A stretch of DNA of 64,000 nt from an uncultured bacterium (GCA_963827235.1 CAWHAE010000016.1:1088001-1152000), one strand, 5' to 3'. Positions 51,177 to 62,148 are shown, counted from the first letter of the stretch. The notes: generated by a model not told the origin, from the letters alone. Numbers and translations are program-made.

Positions 51177-52063
51177 GAGCCAGTTATGCACTTATTGTCA
51201 AGCTGTGTACGCTCGGAGTAGGACAACGACAAGTGTGACCAGGACAACGATGGACCGCAAACCCTATCCGAGTGACGTGCGTGATGACGAGTGGGCGCTG
51301 GTGGCGCCCTACCCGACCCTGATGATCGAGAAGGCGCCGCAGCGGATGTACCCCTTGCGCGAGGTGTTCAACGGGCTGCGCTGGATCGTGCGGACGGGGG
51401 CGCAGTGGCGCTGGCTGCCGCACGACCTGCCGCCCTGGCCGGTGGTCTACCAGCAGACGCAGCGCTGGCTGCGGGCTGGGGTGTTTGAGAGTCTGGTGCA
51501 CGACCTGCGGGCGGTGCTGTGCGTGGCACAGGGCCGCAACGAAGCGCCCTCGGCGGTCATCTTTGATGCCCGTACTCTGCAGTCGAGTCCAGAGAGCGGG
51601 GCGCGGGCCGGCTACGATGGGGCCAAGAAGCGGCGCGGCAGCAAGGTGCATCTGGCGGTCGACACCTTGGGGCAGTTGCTGGCGCTGTGTGTGACGGCGG
51701 CGAACGAGCAGGAACGCGCCCAGGTGGAGGCGTTGGCGCGGCGGGTGCAGGAGGTCACCGGCGACACGGTCGAGTTGGCCTATGTCGACCAGGGCTACAC
51801 CGGCGAGCAGCCTGCCGCCGACGCCGCCACGCACGGTATCCGACTGGAGGTGGTCAAGCTGCCCGAGGCCAAGCGGGGCTTCGTCCTCCTGCCGCGGCGC
51901 TGGGTGGTGGAACGCAGCTTCGGCTGGATGGCCCGCTGCCGCCGCCTGGCGCGGGATTACGAGCGCTTGCCGGAGACCTTGGCGGGCTTGCATTTCGTGG
52001 CCTTCGCTTCCCTCATGCTCAGTAATGTCGTGGACGTCATGGTTGATAGTGCATAACAGGCTC
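51177..52063 (+). mobile_element. IS5-family insertion sequence
   Basis: 16-bp IRs GAGCCAGTTATGCACT / GAGCCTGTTATGCACT (15/16), inserted in CTAG with TA on both flanks. Confidence 0.9.
51250..52056 (+). CDS. IS5 family transposase
   Basis: [49 protein letters not shown]. Confidence 0.95.
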   Translation: MDRKPYPSDVRDDEWALVAPYPTLMIEKAPQRMYPLREVFNGLRWIVRTGAQWRWLPHDLPPWPVVYQQTQRWLRAGVFESLVHDLRAVLCVAQGRNEAPSAVIFDARTLQSSPESGARAGYDGAKKRRGSKVHLAVDTLGQLLALCVTAANEQERAQVEALARRVQEVTGDTVELAYVDQGYTGEQPAADAATHGIRLEVVKLPEAKRGFVLLPRRWVVERSFGWMARCRRLARDYERLPETLAGLHFVAFASLMLSNVVDVMVDSA

Positions 52064-52164
52064 TAGTGCCGCTACGGGTTGTGGCAGCAGATCATCGACG
52101 CGTTCGGAGGAGCCGTCGACGGGGCCAAGCCGCTCACTAAGCAGATACGACTGCGACGGTCATC

Positions 52165-53694
52165 TTAATCGCTGTCGTAGGACGACCCGAGGCGGCGTAG
52201 CGATACGCGGAGCTTGCGCAACGTCGGTGTCCAAGCGATGCGCTTCCTGTCTCTATAGACGTGTAGACCGGGTTCCTGCCCATAGTGCGTACCCGACGCG
52301 TCATAGAGCACCATCAACAGCTGGCCATGGTAGCGTACGTTGTCGAGACAGAAGTACGCCCAGGCGCCGTCCGGCAGCAGGGGATCGATCTCCAGCACGT
52401 CGTCTGCGCGGGGCGTCAGGCCCACGAGGCCGGTGATCACCAAATCGCAAAACGTCGAGTGATTGTAGTCCGCACCGCGGTCCTTGTTCGGGCTTCCTCG
52501 GTCGTACAGCGTTTGGCGTGTGACCCATTCACCCGTATCGGGGTGCAAGCTCTCATCGATCCAGGGCACGGTGCTTCGGTCGGGCAGCGTGCGTCGCTGC
52601 GAGCGGGCATAGGTCCCCAGGAGCGACAGGTAATCGGCCTTGGTCACCACCGTTTGCGCATAGTCGTGCAGAACGTTGGCCATGCCCATGAGGGTGTGGC
52701 TCGTGGCGAACGGCCACGACGAGCCGCGCCACAGGCAATCGTGCTGATCCACTGTCGGCGCCGGCCACCAGGCAGGATGCCGGCGTTCAGCCGTGCATGG
52801 ACCATAGGCACCCAAGAAACCTTGCGGGTCATTCACCTGCCGCCAGGCCCGCTCGTAGCCCAGGTCGGGAAGACGGAACGCCCACGGCACGTATCCTTGC
52901 AGCTCGCGCACGTCGGCCAGCCGGCCCGCACGCTGCCGCAGGCCCAGGGCATCCGGGCCGTATTTCTCCCTGTCCGCCCTGTGCCCTGTTTCAGTAACCA
53001 GCGTCTTGAAGAACCCGGCGTCGGCGTCCCACAGCTTCGCTTGCACCAACGCTTTGGTCCTTGCCGCTTCGCTGCTGAACCGGGCTGCCAGCTCGCCCCG
53101 GCCGGCCAAGCCCGCGATGCGTGCAATCGCCACGGCGTCGGCATACATGTAGCTGTTGATGGTCGGGCGACAGCCGCTGCCGCTGATCTGGAACTCCATA
53201 CCGTCACGGTCGTCGACCTGCCAGAACAGCCCGCACGGATCTCGACGCTCCGCCTCCCACGCCTCGTAGTTCCGGACGAGATCGTCCAGCAGGCTGATCG
53301 GCAGCCTGGCATCACCGCTGACCAGATAGCGGGCATAGAGGGCGTCCGCGACCCAGAAGCTGTAGCTGCGCGGCGCTGCCGCCGGCCCGAACCAGAAGCG
53401 ACTGTAGTCGTCGAGATAGTTCGACCCGTGCAGCCAGCGACCTTCGTAGAGATGGTGGCCCGCGGCGCAGTTGATTGTATTGTGCACACCGGCCCATGGC
53501 ACGTCGCTCAAGAACTCCGTGACCACATAGCCGGCTGGTGTCGGCGTGAGGTGCTTGCGAAACACGCGCCAGCGGAAGTCATACGTCTGTCGGATATCCC
53601 GGTCCGGACAGTCAAAGTGCGGCACGTTGGCGGCAAGCCACGCACGCTCAGCCGTTGCGGCTTCTGCTGTAGCGTCTGCGGAGGGTACTAACAC
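52165..53694 (-). CDS. (alpha/alpha)6 glycoside hydrolase, MGH1-like / GH142-like
   Basis: NVPHFDCPD...YDFRW..FRKH...TEFL..V.WAG.HNTINCAAGHHLYEGRW, DGMEFQISG, RPTINSY, YNHSTFCDLVITGLVG. Confidence 0.8.
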   Translation of the reverse strand: MLVPSADATAEAATAERAWLAANVPHFDCPDRDIRQTYDFRWRVFRKHLTPTPAGYVVTEFLSDVPWAGVHNTINCAAGHHLYEGRWLHGSNYLDDYSRFWFGPAAAPRSYSFWVADALYARYLVSGDARLPISLLDDLVRNYEAWEAERRDPCGLFWQVDDRDGMEFQISGSGCRPTINSYMYADAVAIARIAGLAGRGELAARFSSEAARTKALVQAKLWDADAGFFKTLVTETGHRADREKYGPDALGLRQRAGRLADVRELQGYVPWAFRLPDLGYERAWRQVNDPQGFLGAYGPCTAERRHPAWWPAPTVDQHDCLWRGSSWPFATSHTLMGMANVLHDYAQTVVTKADYLSLLGTYARSQRRTLPDRSTVPWIDESLHPDTGEWVTRQTLYDRGSPNKDRGADYNHSTFCDLVITGLVGLTPRADDVLEIDPLLPDGAWAYFCLDNVRYHGQLLMVLYDASGTHYGQEPGLHVYRDRKRIAWTPTLRKLRVSLRRLGSSYDSD

Positions 53695-53698
53695 CCGA

Positions 53699-54601
53699 TC
53701 ACCGCCGCGCTTCTATCGGCCAGACGATGCCCGACGCGGTTGCCAGCCCGATCTGCTCGCGGCGGTCGCTCGCGCGACTGGCGTTGTACCACAAATACCA
53801 CCGGTCCCTGTACCGCAGCACAAAGGGCTTATAGACGTTGCAGTCGTCCCACGATCCCGCCGGTCCGGGCTCGAGAATGGGGTTGCCGGGGTATCGCTCC
53901 CACGCATGAATGCCGTCCTTCGAACGGGCCAGGCACATGTGCGCCGCCTCAAAGCCATCGGCGAACCCGATGTAGAATGCGAGATAGCCGTCGCCGTCCG
54001 GCAGGATGCAGGCCGCCGTGACCCGGTCGGACTCGCAGCCGCCGGCCGGGCGCAGCACCGGGTTCTGGGGGTCCCGCCGCCAGGCGATCCCATCGTCGCT
54101 CTCGGCATACCCGACGGCATCGGCCTCATACATGTCACCGCCCGAATACCACATACGGAAGCGCCCGCGTTCGTAGAGCACAAACGGGCACATCAAGCTG
54201 TGCTTCTCCCAGGCGACCTCCGGCGCCAGCACCGGCTCCGTGGCCGCCCGCTCCCAACGCTTGCCGTCCTCACTGACGGCCAGACCTATGGCGCCTGTCG
54301 TCGCGTCGACATTCTGCCCGGTGTACCACATGTACCAGCGCCCGTTCGCCTGCACCACATGCGGGCGATTGACCTCGCTCTTCTCCCAGTCAATCGACGG
54401 GTCCCGCTCCAGGACGAGACGCGGCGCGCTCCAACCCACGCCGTCGTCGCTCTCGCTCAGGGCGATGGAATGTAGGTCGCGCCACGACAGCCACATACGC
54501 AGCCGGTCCCCAACGGGTGCTACGCAGCCGTCAAACAGTGCCGACACGGTATAGCCGGGTCCCAGTACAGGATTGGCGGGATGTTTGGTCCACATGGACA
54601 T
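53699..54601 (-). CDS. Five-bladed beta-propeller glycosidase (GH43/GH32/GH130-like)
   Basis: Repeated blades NPVL.P...W(E/D)....P.V......MWY.G...IG.A.S.DG..W. Confidence 0.85.
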   Translation of the reverse strand: MSMWTKHPANPVLGPGYTVSALFDGCVAPVGDRLRMWLSWRDLHSIALSESDDGVGWSAPRLVLERDPSIDWEKSEVNRPHVVQANGRWYMWYTGQNVDATTGAIGLAVSEDGKRWERAATEPVLAPEVAWEKHSLMCPFVLYERGRFRMWYSGGDMYEADAVGYAESDDGIAWRRDPQNPVLRPAGGCESDRVTAACILPDGDGYLAFYIGFADGFEAAHMCLARSKDGIHAWERYPGNPILEPGPAGSWDDCNVYKPFVLRYRDRWYLWYNASRASDRREQIGLATASGIVWPIEARR

Positions 54602-54722
54602 GGTCGTTACGCTCCCTTGCTGTCTTCGCTCGCTCCCGGTCTCACGCCGATGCAGCCGGATTGGCCGTTCCCCTCGACCGCTGGGGATCGTTCAGTATGT
54701 CAATGCCAGCGCGCGCTCCGCT

Positions 54723-55625
54723 TCATCCCTTCAGGCCGGCCTGCATCACGCCGGCGATGAAATAGCGCTGGAAGGCCACGAAGAGGGCGATAAGCGGCAG
54801 CACGGCGACCGTCGAACCGGCCATGACGGCACCCCAGGGCGTGTTGAAGCCGCTGCCGGACGGCAGATTCACCACTGCCAGCACGATGGTGTACATGTCG
54901 TTGCTCTGCAGCACCATCAGCGGCCACATGAAGTTGTTCCACGCCCCCATGAAAGCCATGATGCCCAGGGCTGCGAGGGCGGGTTTCACATTGGGCATGA
55001 TCACGCGCGCATAGATACCCAGATCGCGGCACCCGTCGATGCGTGCCGCGTCGAGCAGCTCGTTGGGAATACTCGCCATATACTGCGTCATGAAGAAGAT
55101 GCCGAACGCGCTGGCCACGCTAGGCAGGATGACCGCCTGGTAGGAGTTGATCCAGCCAATCTTGCTCATCAGCACGTACTGCGGCACCAGGGCGACGAAT
55201 TGCGGCACCATCATGGTGCTGAGCACGGCGATGAACAACAGGCGCTTGCCGGGGAATACCAGCTTTGCAAAGGCAAAACCGGCAAGCGAACTCAGGAACA
55301 CGGAGCCCGCCATGGTCGTGGCCGCGATGACGAGTGAGTTGAAGAGATTCCGCCACAGCGGCATCATGCCAAAGGCGTCCTGGTAGTTCTGCCAGGTTGG
55401 ATGCGCCGGGATCAGGTTGATGCCCGGATTGAATATGTCGCCTTCGGGCTTGAAGGACGCGGAAACCATCCACGCGAATGGAAACAGGAAAACCACACTG
55501 AGCACGATGAGCACCACATGCGTCAGCACCTGTCGCACGATGGGCCGCAGCCGCACCCGCAGCGGCCGTTCCCTGGACGAGCGCGCGCGATCCCCCAGCA
55601 CGACGCCGCTGCTGCGTCCGCTCAT
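54723..55625 (-). CDS. Carbohydrate ABC transporter permease (MalG-like)
   Basis: ELLDAARIDGC and WNNFMWPL. Confidence 0.95.
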   Translation of the reverse strand: MSGRSSGVVLGDRARSSRERPLRVRLRPIVRQVLTHVVLIVLSVVFLFPFAWMVSASFKPEGDIFNPGINLIPAHPTWQNYQDAFGMMPLWRNLFNSLVIAATTMAGSVFLSSLAGFAFAKLVFPGKRLLFIAVLSTMMVPQFVALVPQYVLMSKIGWINSYQAVILPSVASAFGIFFMTQYMASIPNELLDAARIDGCRDLGIYARVIMPNVKPALAALGIMAFMGAWNNFMWPLMVLQSNDMYTIVLAVVNLPSGSGFNTPWGAVMAGSTVAVLPLIALFVAFQRYFIAGVMQAGLKG

Positions 55626-56533
55626 TCGCCTGCCTCCCCACGGAAGAACATTGCCTGTCCGATCGATGCGGTGACGGTGATGGCGAAGATCACGACCGCG
55701 ATGGCCGCCGCGTAGCCCAATCGCAGGAAGACAATACCGTTTTGATACATGTAGATGCCCAGCGTCATGGCCGAGTTGTCGGGCTGTCCGTGCGTGGTCA
55801 GCACCCAGGGTTCCTGGAACACCTGCACCGAGCCGATGGTGTCGATGATGAAACAGAACAAGATCATGCGTCGCAGGCCCGGCAGGGTGACGTGCAGCAG
55901 CTTGCGGAACCCGCTGGCCCCGTCGATGGACGCCGCCTCATACAACGTGGTGTCGACGGATTGCAGTCCGGCGAGAAAGACCAGCATGTACCAGCCGACC
56001 ACATTCCACAGGGTAAAGATGATCACCGACGGCTTTGTCCAGTCCGTACTGCCCAGCCAGTCGACGCCGGGCAGGCCCACGTCGTTGAGCAGCTGGTTGA
56101 TGATGCCGTAGTTGGTGTCGAGCATCATCTGGAACACCAGCAGCACGGCGGCGGCGGCGCCCACGTTCGGCAGGTAGATAATCGCCCGGTACACGCTGCG
56201 GAAACGCAGCCACGGCGCATTGAGCACGAGCGCGGTGACCAGCGCCAGGACGAGCATGATGAAGACGTGGCCGACCCAGAGATAGGCGGTGTTCTTCAGC
56301 GCGGTCCAGAACACGTCGTCCCCGAACAGCAGCCGGTAGTTCTTCAGGCCGACCCACTGCCAGGGTGACGCCATATCCCAGCTCAGCAGGCTGAGATAGA
56401 AGCTGAACAGTATGGGACCCAAGCTCAGGCAGAGGTAGATCGCGAAAAACGGCGCCAGGCAGAGATATGCGGTGCGAGCGCGCCACATGCGGGCCACCAG
56501 GCCAGGAGCTTGGCCCCGTTCTTGATTCATCAC
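55622..56533 (-). CDS. Carbohydrate ABC transporter permease (MalF-like)
   Basis: WVGLKNY and LYEAASIDGAS. 4-bp overlap with the next gene. Confidence 0.95.
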   Translation of the reverse strand: MMNQERGQAPGLVARMWRARTAYLCLAPFFAIYLCLSLGPILFSFYLSLLSWDMASPWQWVGLKNYRLLFGDDVFWTALKNTAYLWVGHVFIMLVLALVTALVLNAPWLRFRSVYRAIIYLPNVGAAAAVLLVFQMMLDTNYGIINQLLNDVGLPGVDWLGSTDWTKPSVIIFTLWNVVGWYMLVFLAGLQSVDTTLYEAASIDGASGFRKLLHVTLPGLRRMILFCFIIDTIGSVQVFQEPWVLTTHGQPDNSAMTLGIYMYQNGIVFLRLGYAAAIAVVIFAITVTASIGQAMFFRGEAGE

Positions 56534-56602
56534 CGTCTCACCACGTGTCCACGGATCTTCCTCATAGGTGTCGCTTGGCTTGCGGACAACTCCCGACCGC
56601 CG

Positions 56603-56657
56603 GCAGCATGGCAGCAGCGCCTGTCGGAGAGCGTACCGGACGCTGCTGCCATGCTGC
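56603..56657. terminator. Intercistronic stem-loop after SBP gene
   Basis: Perfect 17-bp inverted repeat GCAGCATGGCAGCAGCG ... CGCTGCTGCCATGCTGC. Confidence 0.65.
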
Positions 56658-56680
56658 TATATAGAGCGCTAGGGGGCAGG

Positions 56681-58018
56681 TCAACTCGCGGAGCGCACCT
56701 TGTCGGCTGCGGCCTTGATCGCGCTCGCCGCCGACGCATGGCCGGCAATCACGTCGCCCAGGGCCGTCTGAATGGTCGTGAGCGCCAGTGCATACTGGGG
56801 CGTGAAGTGCAGGGTATGCGCGTGCGCCTGGATGCTCAGGTCGATCGCGGCTAGGCGCTGACCGCCGAAGAACGGGGACGGCTTGTTGTAGTCGAAGCTC
56901 GGGCTCTGCAGGGCCGGCAGATACGCGGTGGGCAGATTCCACTTGTTGAACAAGCTGACCGTCACCGGCGTGTTCAAGAATGTGTGCTGCAGGTATTTCC
57001 AGATTAGCTGGCTGTCCATGCCGGGCTTCTTGACGGCCGCAACCACGGCACTGCCATTGATCGCATCATGCCCGCCGCCGTTCGTGAAGGCCGGGAATTC
57101 CATCACGCGCCACTTGCCCGCGGCGCTGGGCACGTTGTTCTGCAGGATCTCCGGCCACCAGCACTCCGTGATATAGGAGGTAATGACGCCCGTGCCCATG
57201 GACTGGAACCAGGCCGGCGACCAGCCTGGCATGGCTATCGACGTGCCCGCCTTGCTGAGCTCCACCTGGAAATCGAAGGCCTGCCTGAAGCCCGCATCGC
57301 TGTCGAACACCGCCATGTTGGTCTTGGGATCGAAGAGTTGACCACCCGACTGGGCCACAAGGTCGGTGTTGATACCGGGGGCGGGCTCCACATAGCCCAA
57401 ATAGTGCTTGCGGCTATCGGAGAACTTGTGGCCGGCGATCGTCTTGCCCGCCGAGAGGTAGTCACTCCAAAGCCGGATCTGCGTGGGGTCGATACCCGCC
57501 TCGTTCCAGAGATCCTCGCGATAGAACAGCATGGCGGTGTTGGCGCGCCAGGGCATACCGAACAGCCTGCCGTTGTAGCTGCAGGCCTCCAGGGCGGCGG
57601 GCGCCAGGTCCGAGTTGTACGGCTTGACCCAGTCGGTGATGTCCAGCAGAATGCCATTCTTGGCCAGCAGCGGGATATCGTAGCAGTTCAGCTCACAGCA
57701 ATCCGGCATGGAATCCCAGTTCTTGGCCACGTAGTTCGTGAGCAGATGCTCGCGGATGACGTCGCCGCCGCCCAACGAGCCCTGGTTCGAGGTCTCCACG
57801 TTGGCAAACTGGACCTTGGCATATTGCGGGCTGTCCTTCACCATAGCGGTGAAGCCGTCCTGGTAGAACTTATAGTTGCCCCAGGTGGAGAAATGGAACG
57901 TGGAGGGGATGGTTTCGCCAGCGGACGCGGCACGGACTGCGCCGGCGGGAAGGCGGGATGAGAGTGCCACGCCGGCACCCATCGCGGCGGAATACTTGAG
58001 GAATTGCTTTCTATTCAT
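56681..58018 (-). CDS. Sugar ABC transporter solute-binding protein, Tat-like leader (NRKQFLK)
   Basis: LLDIT, LFGMPW, LFYREDL, GKWRV..FP, GSA, PSPFFGGQ. AGGAG RBS. Confidence 0.92.
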   Translation of the reverse strand: MNRKQFLKYSAAMGAGVALSSRLPAGAVRAASAGETIPSTFHFSTWGNYKFYQDGFTAMVKDSPQYAKVQFANVETSNQGSLGGGDVIREHLLTNYVAKNWDSMPDCCELNCYDIPLLAKNGILLDITDWVKPYNSDLAPAALEACSYNGRLFGMPWRANTAMLFYREDLWNEAGIDPTQIRLWSDYLSAGKTIAGHKFSDSRKHYLGYVEPAPGINTDLVAQSGGQLFDPKTNMAVFDSDAGFRQAFDFQVELSKAGTSIAMPGWSPAWFQSMGTGVITSYITECWWPEILQNNVPSAAGKWRVMEFPAFTNGGGHDAINGSAVVAAVKKPGMDSQLIWKYLQHTFLNTPVTVSLFNKWNLPTAYLPALQSPSFDYNKPSPFFGGQRLAAIDLSIQAHAHTLHFTPQYALALTTIQTALGDVIAGHASAASAIKAAADKVRSAS

Positions 58019-58190
58019 CGAGCATATCACTCCTACTTCGTGGTAGCCACCACACTGTGCTCAGGCATGCTGCTTGCCCGTAGTCACGAGAAACCGCTGG
58101 TCGGATCGACCCTACCCCCTTGCGAACGTGACCTACCTCCTTCTGTCCGTGCCCGGAATTGTGATGTATCCGCGCACTCCCAAGTAGATT

Positions 58191-58208
58191 AAGAAACCTA
58201 GTTTCCTT
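58191..58208. promoter_or_regulatory. Candidate LacI operator AAGAAACCTAGTTTCCTT
   Basis: Pseudo-palindrome (14/18) just downstream of the SBP promoter, with a divergent LacI gene adjacent. Confidence 0.55.
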
Positions 58209-58220
58209 CCCATCGGCTGT

Positions 58221-58249
58221 AGCGTACGCTGCTCTCGGGCGCCTGTCAA
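58221..58249 (-). promoter_or_regulatory. Sigma70-type promoter for second sugar ABC operon
   Basis: Minus strand TTGACA-N17-TACGCT. Confidence 0.6.
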
Positions 58250-58665
58250 GGGGTGCAGGCGATCTGGTAGCCATGTCCTGGCACTTCAGCCCAGCGTCAA
58301 CGTCGTGTGAGGCCCACCACGAGGGCGCGCCGCGCGGCATTTGGCGTCAAATCACGTCCCATTCAGCAACGCAGGAGCAGGATCCAGCTTGCTGGTAGGA
58401 AACCTACTTACCTTCGACCCTGGTCGGCCACACTTCACACCCGCGCTGGCGCGTGCGGTCACGCTGTGCGGGCCGGGACGTGCAGCACGAGGGCTTGGCT
58501 AGAGCGCCCCTGTGCCACATGACCGCTACGGAAACCTTGTTGCTGGATGACTCCCGGTGTGCTAGACTGGCGTGTGAGTTCTCAGACCGGGGCGTCGGCT
58601 GAGCCAGGATGCGCGTACCGCTGTGGCTGCCTAGCCGGGCGATGGAGAACAGGGTTGGTGTGCGA

Positions 58666-59724
58666 ATGGTTCGCTCTTCCGAGTCGCGCTTTCCTCCCGT
58701 TACGCTGGATCGACCCGCGACGATTCGCGACGTCGCGCGCGTGGCCGGCGTCTCCGTCGGCACTGCATCGAAGGCCCTCAACGGTCAAGGCAAGTTGCGA
58801 CCCGATACGATTGAGCACGTCCGGGCTGCGGCGTCCCATCTCGAATACCGGCCGAACGACCTGATGCAGAGCGTCCTGCGCAAGCGTACCTTTACCGTCG
58901 GCCTGCTGACGACGGAAAGTGGCCGCTTCACCATGCCGATTCTGCAGGGTATCGAGGATGTGCTGGCGACCGCGCAATTCTCGGTCTTCCTGTGCTTGGC
59001 GATCGATAATCCCGACCGCGAGCGCCAACATATCGATTCTCTGCTGGCGAAGCACGTGGATGGCATCATCGTGGTCGGCAACATCACGCAACGCCTGCCC
59101 ATAGACATTGGGCGCTCCCGCACGCCGATTCTGTATACCTACACCTACGTCCAGGAACGCAGCGCGCTCTGTCTGCTCCCGGACAACGAGGCCGGTGGGG
59201 CTCTTGTGACCACGCACCTCCTGCACGGTGGCCGGCGCCGGTTCGCCCACATCACTGGACCGGCCGATTGGGAGGCAGTCCGCTTGCGACGCGACGGCAT
59301 GCGTACCACGCTTGCCGACTACGGGCTCGACCTTCCCGACGATCATGTGCTTGCGGGACCTTGGCATCCGAGCTGGGGTTTCCAGGCGATGCACCAGATC
59401 CTCGACTGCGATCCGAGCGTCGACGCCGTCTTCTGCGGCAACGACGAGATCGCTAGCGGAGCCATCGATGCCGTGCGCGAGCGCGGCCGGCGCGTACCGG
59501 ATGACGTAGCAATAGTGGGGTTCGATAACTGGGAACAATTCGCCCTTGCCACGCGGCCGCCGCTGACCAGTGTCGACATGGACGTCTACGAGCTTGGGCG
59601 GCGCTCGGGCAGTCGCATGCTCGCCCTCATGAAGGGTGAGCGCGAGAGTGGTGTCGTTCGGCTGCCATGCCGCCTCGTCGTGCGTGCATCGTCAGGGCCG
59701 CGGCCGGGCTCCGGTTCCTGCTAG
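58666..59724 (+). CDS. LacI family transcriptional regulator
   Basis: ATIRDVARVAGVSVGTASKALN HTH, VDGII, FCGND, VGFDN, PPLTSV. The start could be 58642. Confidence 0.96.
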   Translation: MVRSSESRFPPVTLDRPATIRDVARVAGVSVGTASKALNGQGKLRPDTIEHVRAAASHLEYRPNDLMQSVLRKRTFTVGLLTTESGRFTMPILQGIEDVLATAQFSVFLCLAIDNPDRERQHIDSLLAKHVDGIIVVGNITQRLPIDIGRSRTPILYTYTYVQERSALCLLPDNEAGGALVTTHLLHGGRRRFAHITGPADWEAVRLRRDGMRTTLADYGLDLPDDHVLAGPWHPSWGFQAMHQILDCDPSVDAVFCGNDEIASGAIDAVRERGRRVPDDVAIVGFDNWEQFALATRPPLTSVDMDVYELGRRSGSRMLALMKGERESGVVRLPCRLVVRASSGPRPGSGSC

Positions 59725-60057
59725 CACGCGTGTGGTGACACCGCAGGAGACGTAGCGAGCCGAGACGGGCGGACGGTACGATGTGCAGTGCGGCCGTGCC
59801 AGTGCGAGCAAGCCGAGTCTTTGGGCTACCGCCGCGGTGGGCGCTTGGTCGCTGCGAGCGAACCACGACTGGCAGCTAGCAGGCTGGTACAGTGGTGGCC
59901 ATTCCCAGCTGAGCTTGGGTATTGTTTCGCGAGACTTGACGCCCGGACCGCGCGCCGGTAGGAGTACCGCGTAGAGATATGGTCGGAGTGCTACCAGCGA
60001 CGATCACGCACCAAGCCAGCCGCATTTTCATACAGGCTCAACAGCTTTCGCCAGGCT

Positions 60058-60960
60058 TCACCAGGGCCCGATCGTCTCGCGCAGCTGCCGGTCACTCCAC
60101 TTCGCGTAGACCCGCTTCGTCTCCGGCTTGGTGTGCCCCAGGTGGCGAGCCGTCGCTTCCAGGTCGTACGTCTCTGCATACAGGCGCGTCCCGGCTGTAT
60201 GGCGCACGGCATGCACGCCCTTCGCTGTCACGCCAGCCAGCGTGAGTAGGTGATGTGCCGCCATGCACTGGCCGCAGTACGGTAGGCGAACACGTACCCG
60301 TCCTCCCGCCGCGACAGGCTCTGCACCGCCTGGCGCGACGTTGCGCTGAGCGCCACCACCCGCTGCCTCCTACCCTTGTCGTGGCGCACGACGAGGTCCC
60401 GGCGCGCCAGGTGCACGTCGGCCCAGCGCAGGTCCGCACACTCCTGCGCTGGCAGTCCGGCATGGGCACCCAAGAGCACCAGCACACGATCCGCCGGGTC
60501 CGTCGCCGCCTGCAGCAGCGCCGCCACTTCGTCGTCGCCGTATGGCATCCGCTTCTCCCATGCCGGCGTCGCATCGCGCGGTGCGCGGCATTCGGCAAAC
60601 AGGTCGACGACCACTGCACGTGCCCAGCGCAGTGCTGCATAGAGTCCGCGGCCGCGAGCCGTCCCTGGATAGTCGCTGGCGTGAGGCCGTGCCGCTCAAT
60701 GTGCCGCACGTAGGCCGTACCGGCGTCTTGATCGGGATGCTGGAGATCCATGCGGTGAGCAAGCTGCGCACGCCGGTGCGATAGTTGCGCACGGTGTGGA
60801 CCGCGACCGTAGCGCCCGCACTGCTGAAGGCGCGCAGCCGCGCTTCGGTCAGGCTCCACAGCGTCCGTATGTCGTGTTCGTGTGCCGCCTGCGTCGCCGC
60901 GCGCCGATGCTCCGGGCGAGAATCAGGCAGCCAGGCAGCCGTGCCGTCGTCGCCAAAGTC
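60058..60960 (-). pseudogene. Tyrosine recombinase/integrase pseudogene
   Basis: Fragments in several frames: HTVRNYRTGVR, LGAHAGLPAQE (catalytic R replaced by P), HAVRHTAGT, HLGH....T..YAK. Confidence 0.85.
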
Positions 60961-61367
60961 GAAGCAAGGGACGAGAGCGCACCGATACCTTGATCGACCA
61001 CCTCTTCCGGTAGCAGTGCCCGTGCCAAGGCAAACCGGTACGCCAACAAGGCGACAGCACGGAGCACACTCACAGAAGGGTACAACGTCAGCGTGCGGTG
61101 CCGGTTCCAGCCAGGTCCGCTCCCTCACCAGCCGGGACGCGACTCGGTGTCGTCACCCGTAACGATGCTCGAGCGCGATCGCGTCGCAAGAGTCCATACC
61201 TGTGCGCGCAGTGTCACGTAGCGCTTTCGAAGCCAACTGAGTCGTTCATATAGACTAGCGCCAATACTCATCGGCATCACAGTGGTATGGAACATCCGAT
61301 AAGCTCAGATCCAGCCAGTCTTCGAGGCTGCAATACGGAACGGAGTTGAAAGGGAGGATCAGGACAG

Positions 61368-62148
61368 ATGACCGCGCCCGGCACCCACCGCCCCACGGCC
61401 TCAGCCTGGCTGTACCACATCCCGCTGATCTGGCTCACACCACAGGACCCGTCGCGCAAACTGGCCATCTGGATTCCCCCTGCCGGCGGGACGAAGGAGG
61501 ATACCCTCCCCTACTTGCAGGAATTGGCTGCAGCGGGGTTCGTGGCCGTGAGCAACGATCCCTGGCAGCATGGTGCACGCTACGTCGGCACGGAAACCCT
61601 TGAACAACGGTTTGCGAGCGCGAAAGCCAACTACTACTACCATGTATGGCCGATGGTCGGACAATCCGCGCTCGAAAGTCTCCGCGTGATCGATTGGGCC
61701 ATCGCCTCATTCGGGGTCGAACCTCCCTGCTACATCGGGGGCATCTCACTGGGGGGGCTACATCGCCGTGGCGGCTGCCGGTCTGGACCCGCGTATCGGC
61801 TGCGTCGGCGGGATTGTCTGCACGCCGGATTGGCGGGTGCCGGGCCTCCACTGGGACGGCCAGCTCCTGCCACTCGGCAAACCGGACGCCTACGCTCAGT
61901 TCTTCTTTGACCGGATCAATCCGCTCACGCACACGAGCCACTATGCCCACTGTCCAGCCATGACCTTCGAGTGTGGAGAACTGGACGACCACCTACCGTC
62001 TGACGGCGCAGTGCGCTTCCGAGAAGCGCTCAGGGACACGTACCGGGAGCACCCCGATCGATTACGCGTCAATCTGCATCCCGGTGTCGGCCATCAAAGC
62101 ACGCCGGCGATGTGGCAGAACTGCCTGTCCTGGTTTGCACACCATTGA
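61368..62148 (+). pseudogene. Alpha/beta hydrolase (esterase/dienelactone hydrolase-like), +1 frameshift in G7 at 61751-61757
   Basis: DPWQHGAR, GISLGG then, shifted, YIAVAAAGLDPRI...CGELDDH...HPGVGH. GGGAGG RBS. Confidence 0.8.

Noticed and set aside
59980-59990. tRNA-Pro 3'-end (att) remnant TGGTCGGAGTG near the integrase
   Set aside because: Only about 11 nt match, with no T-arm sequence and no second copy in the window. Compatible with chance.
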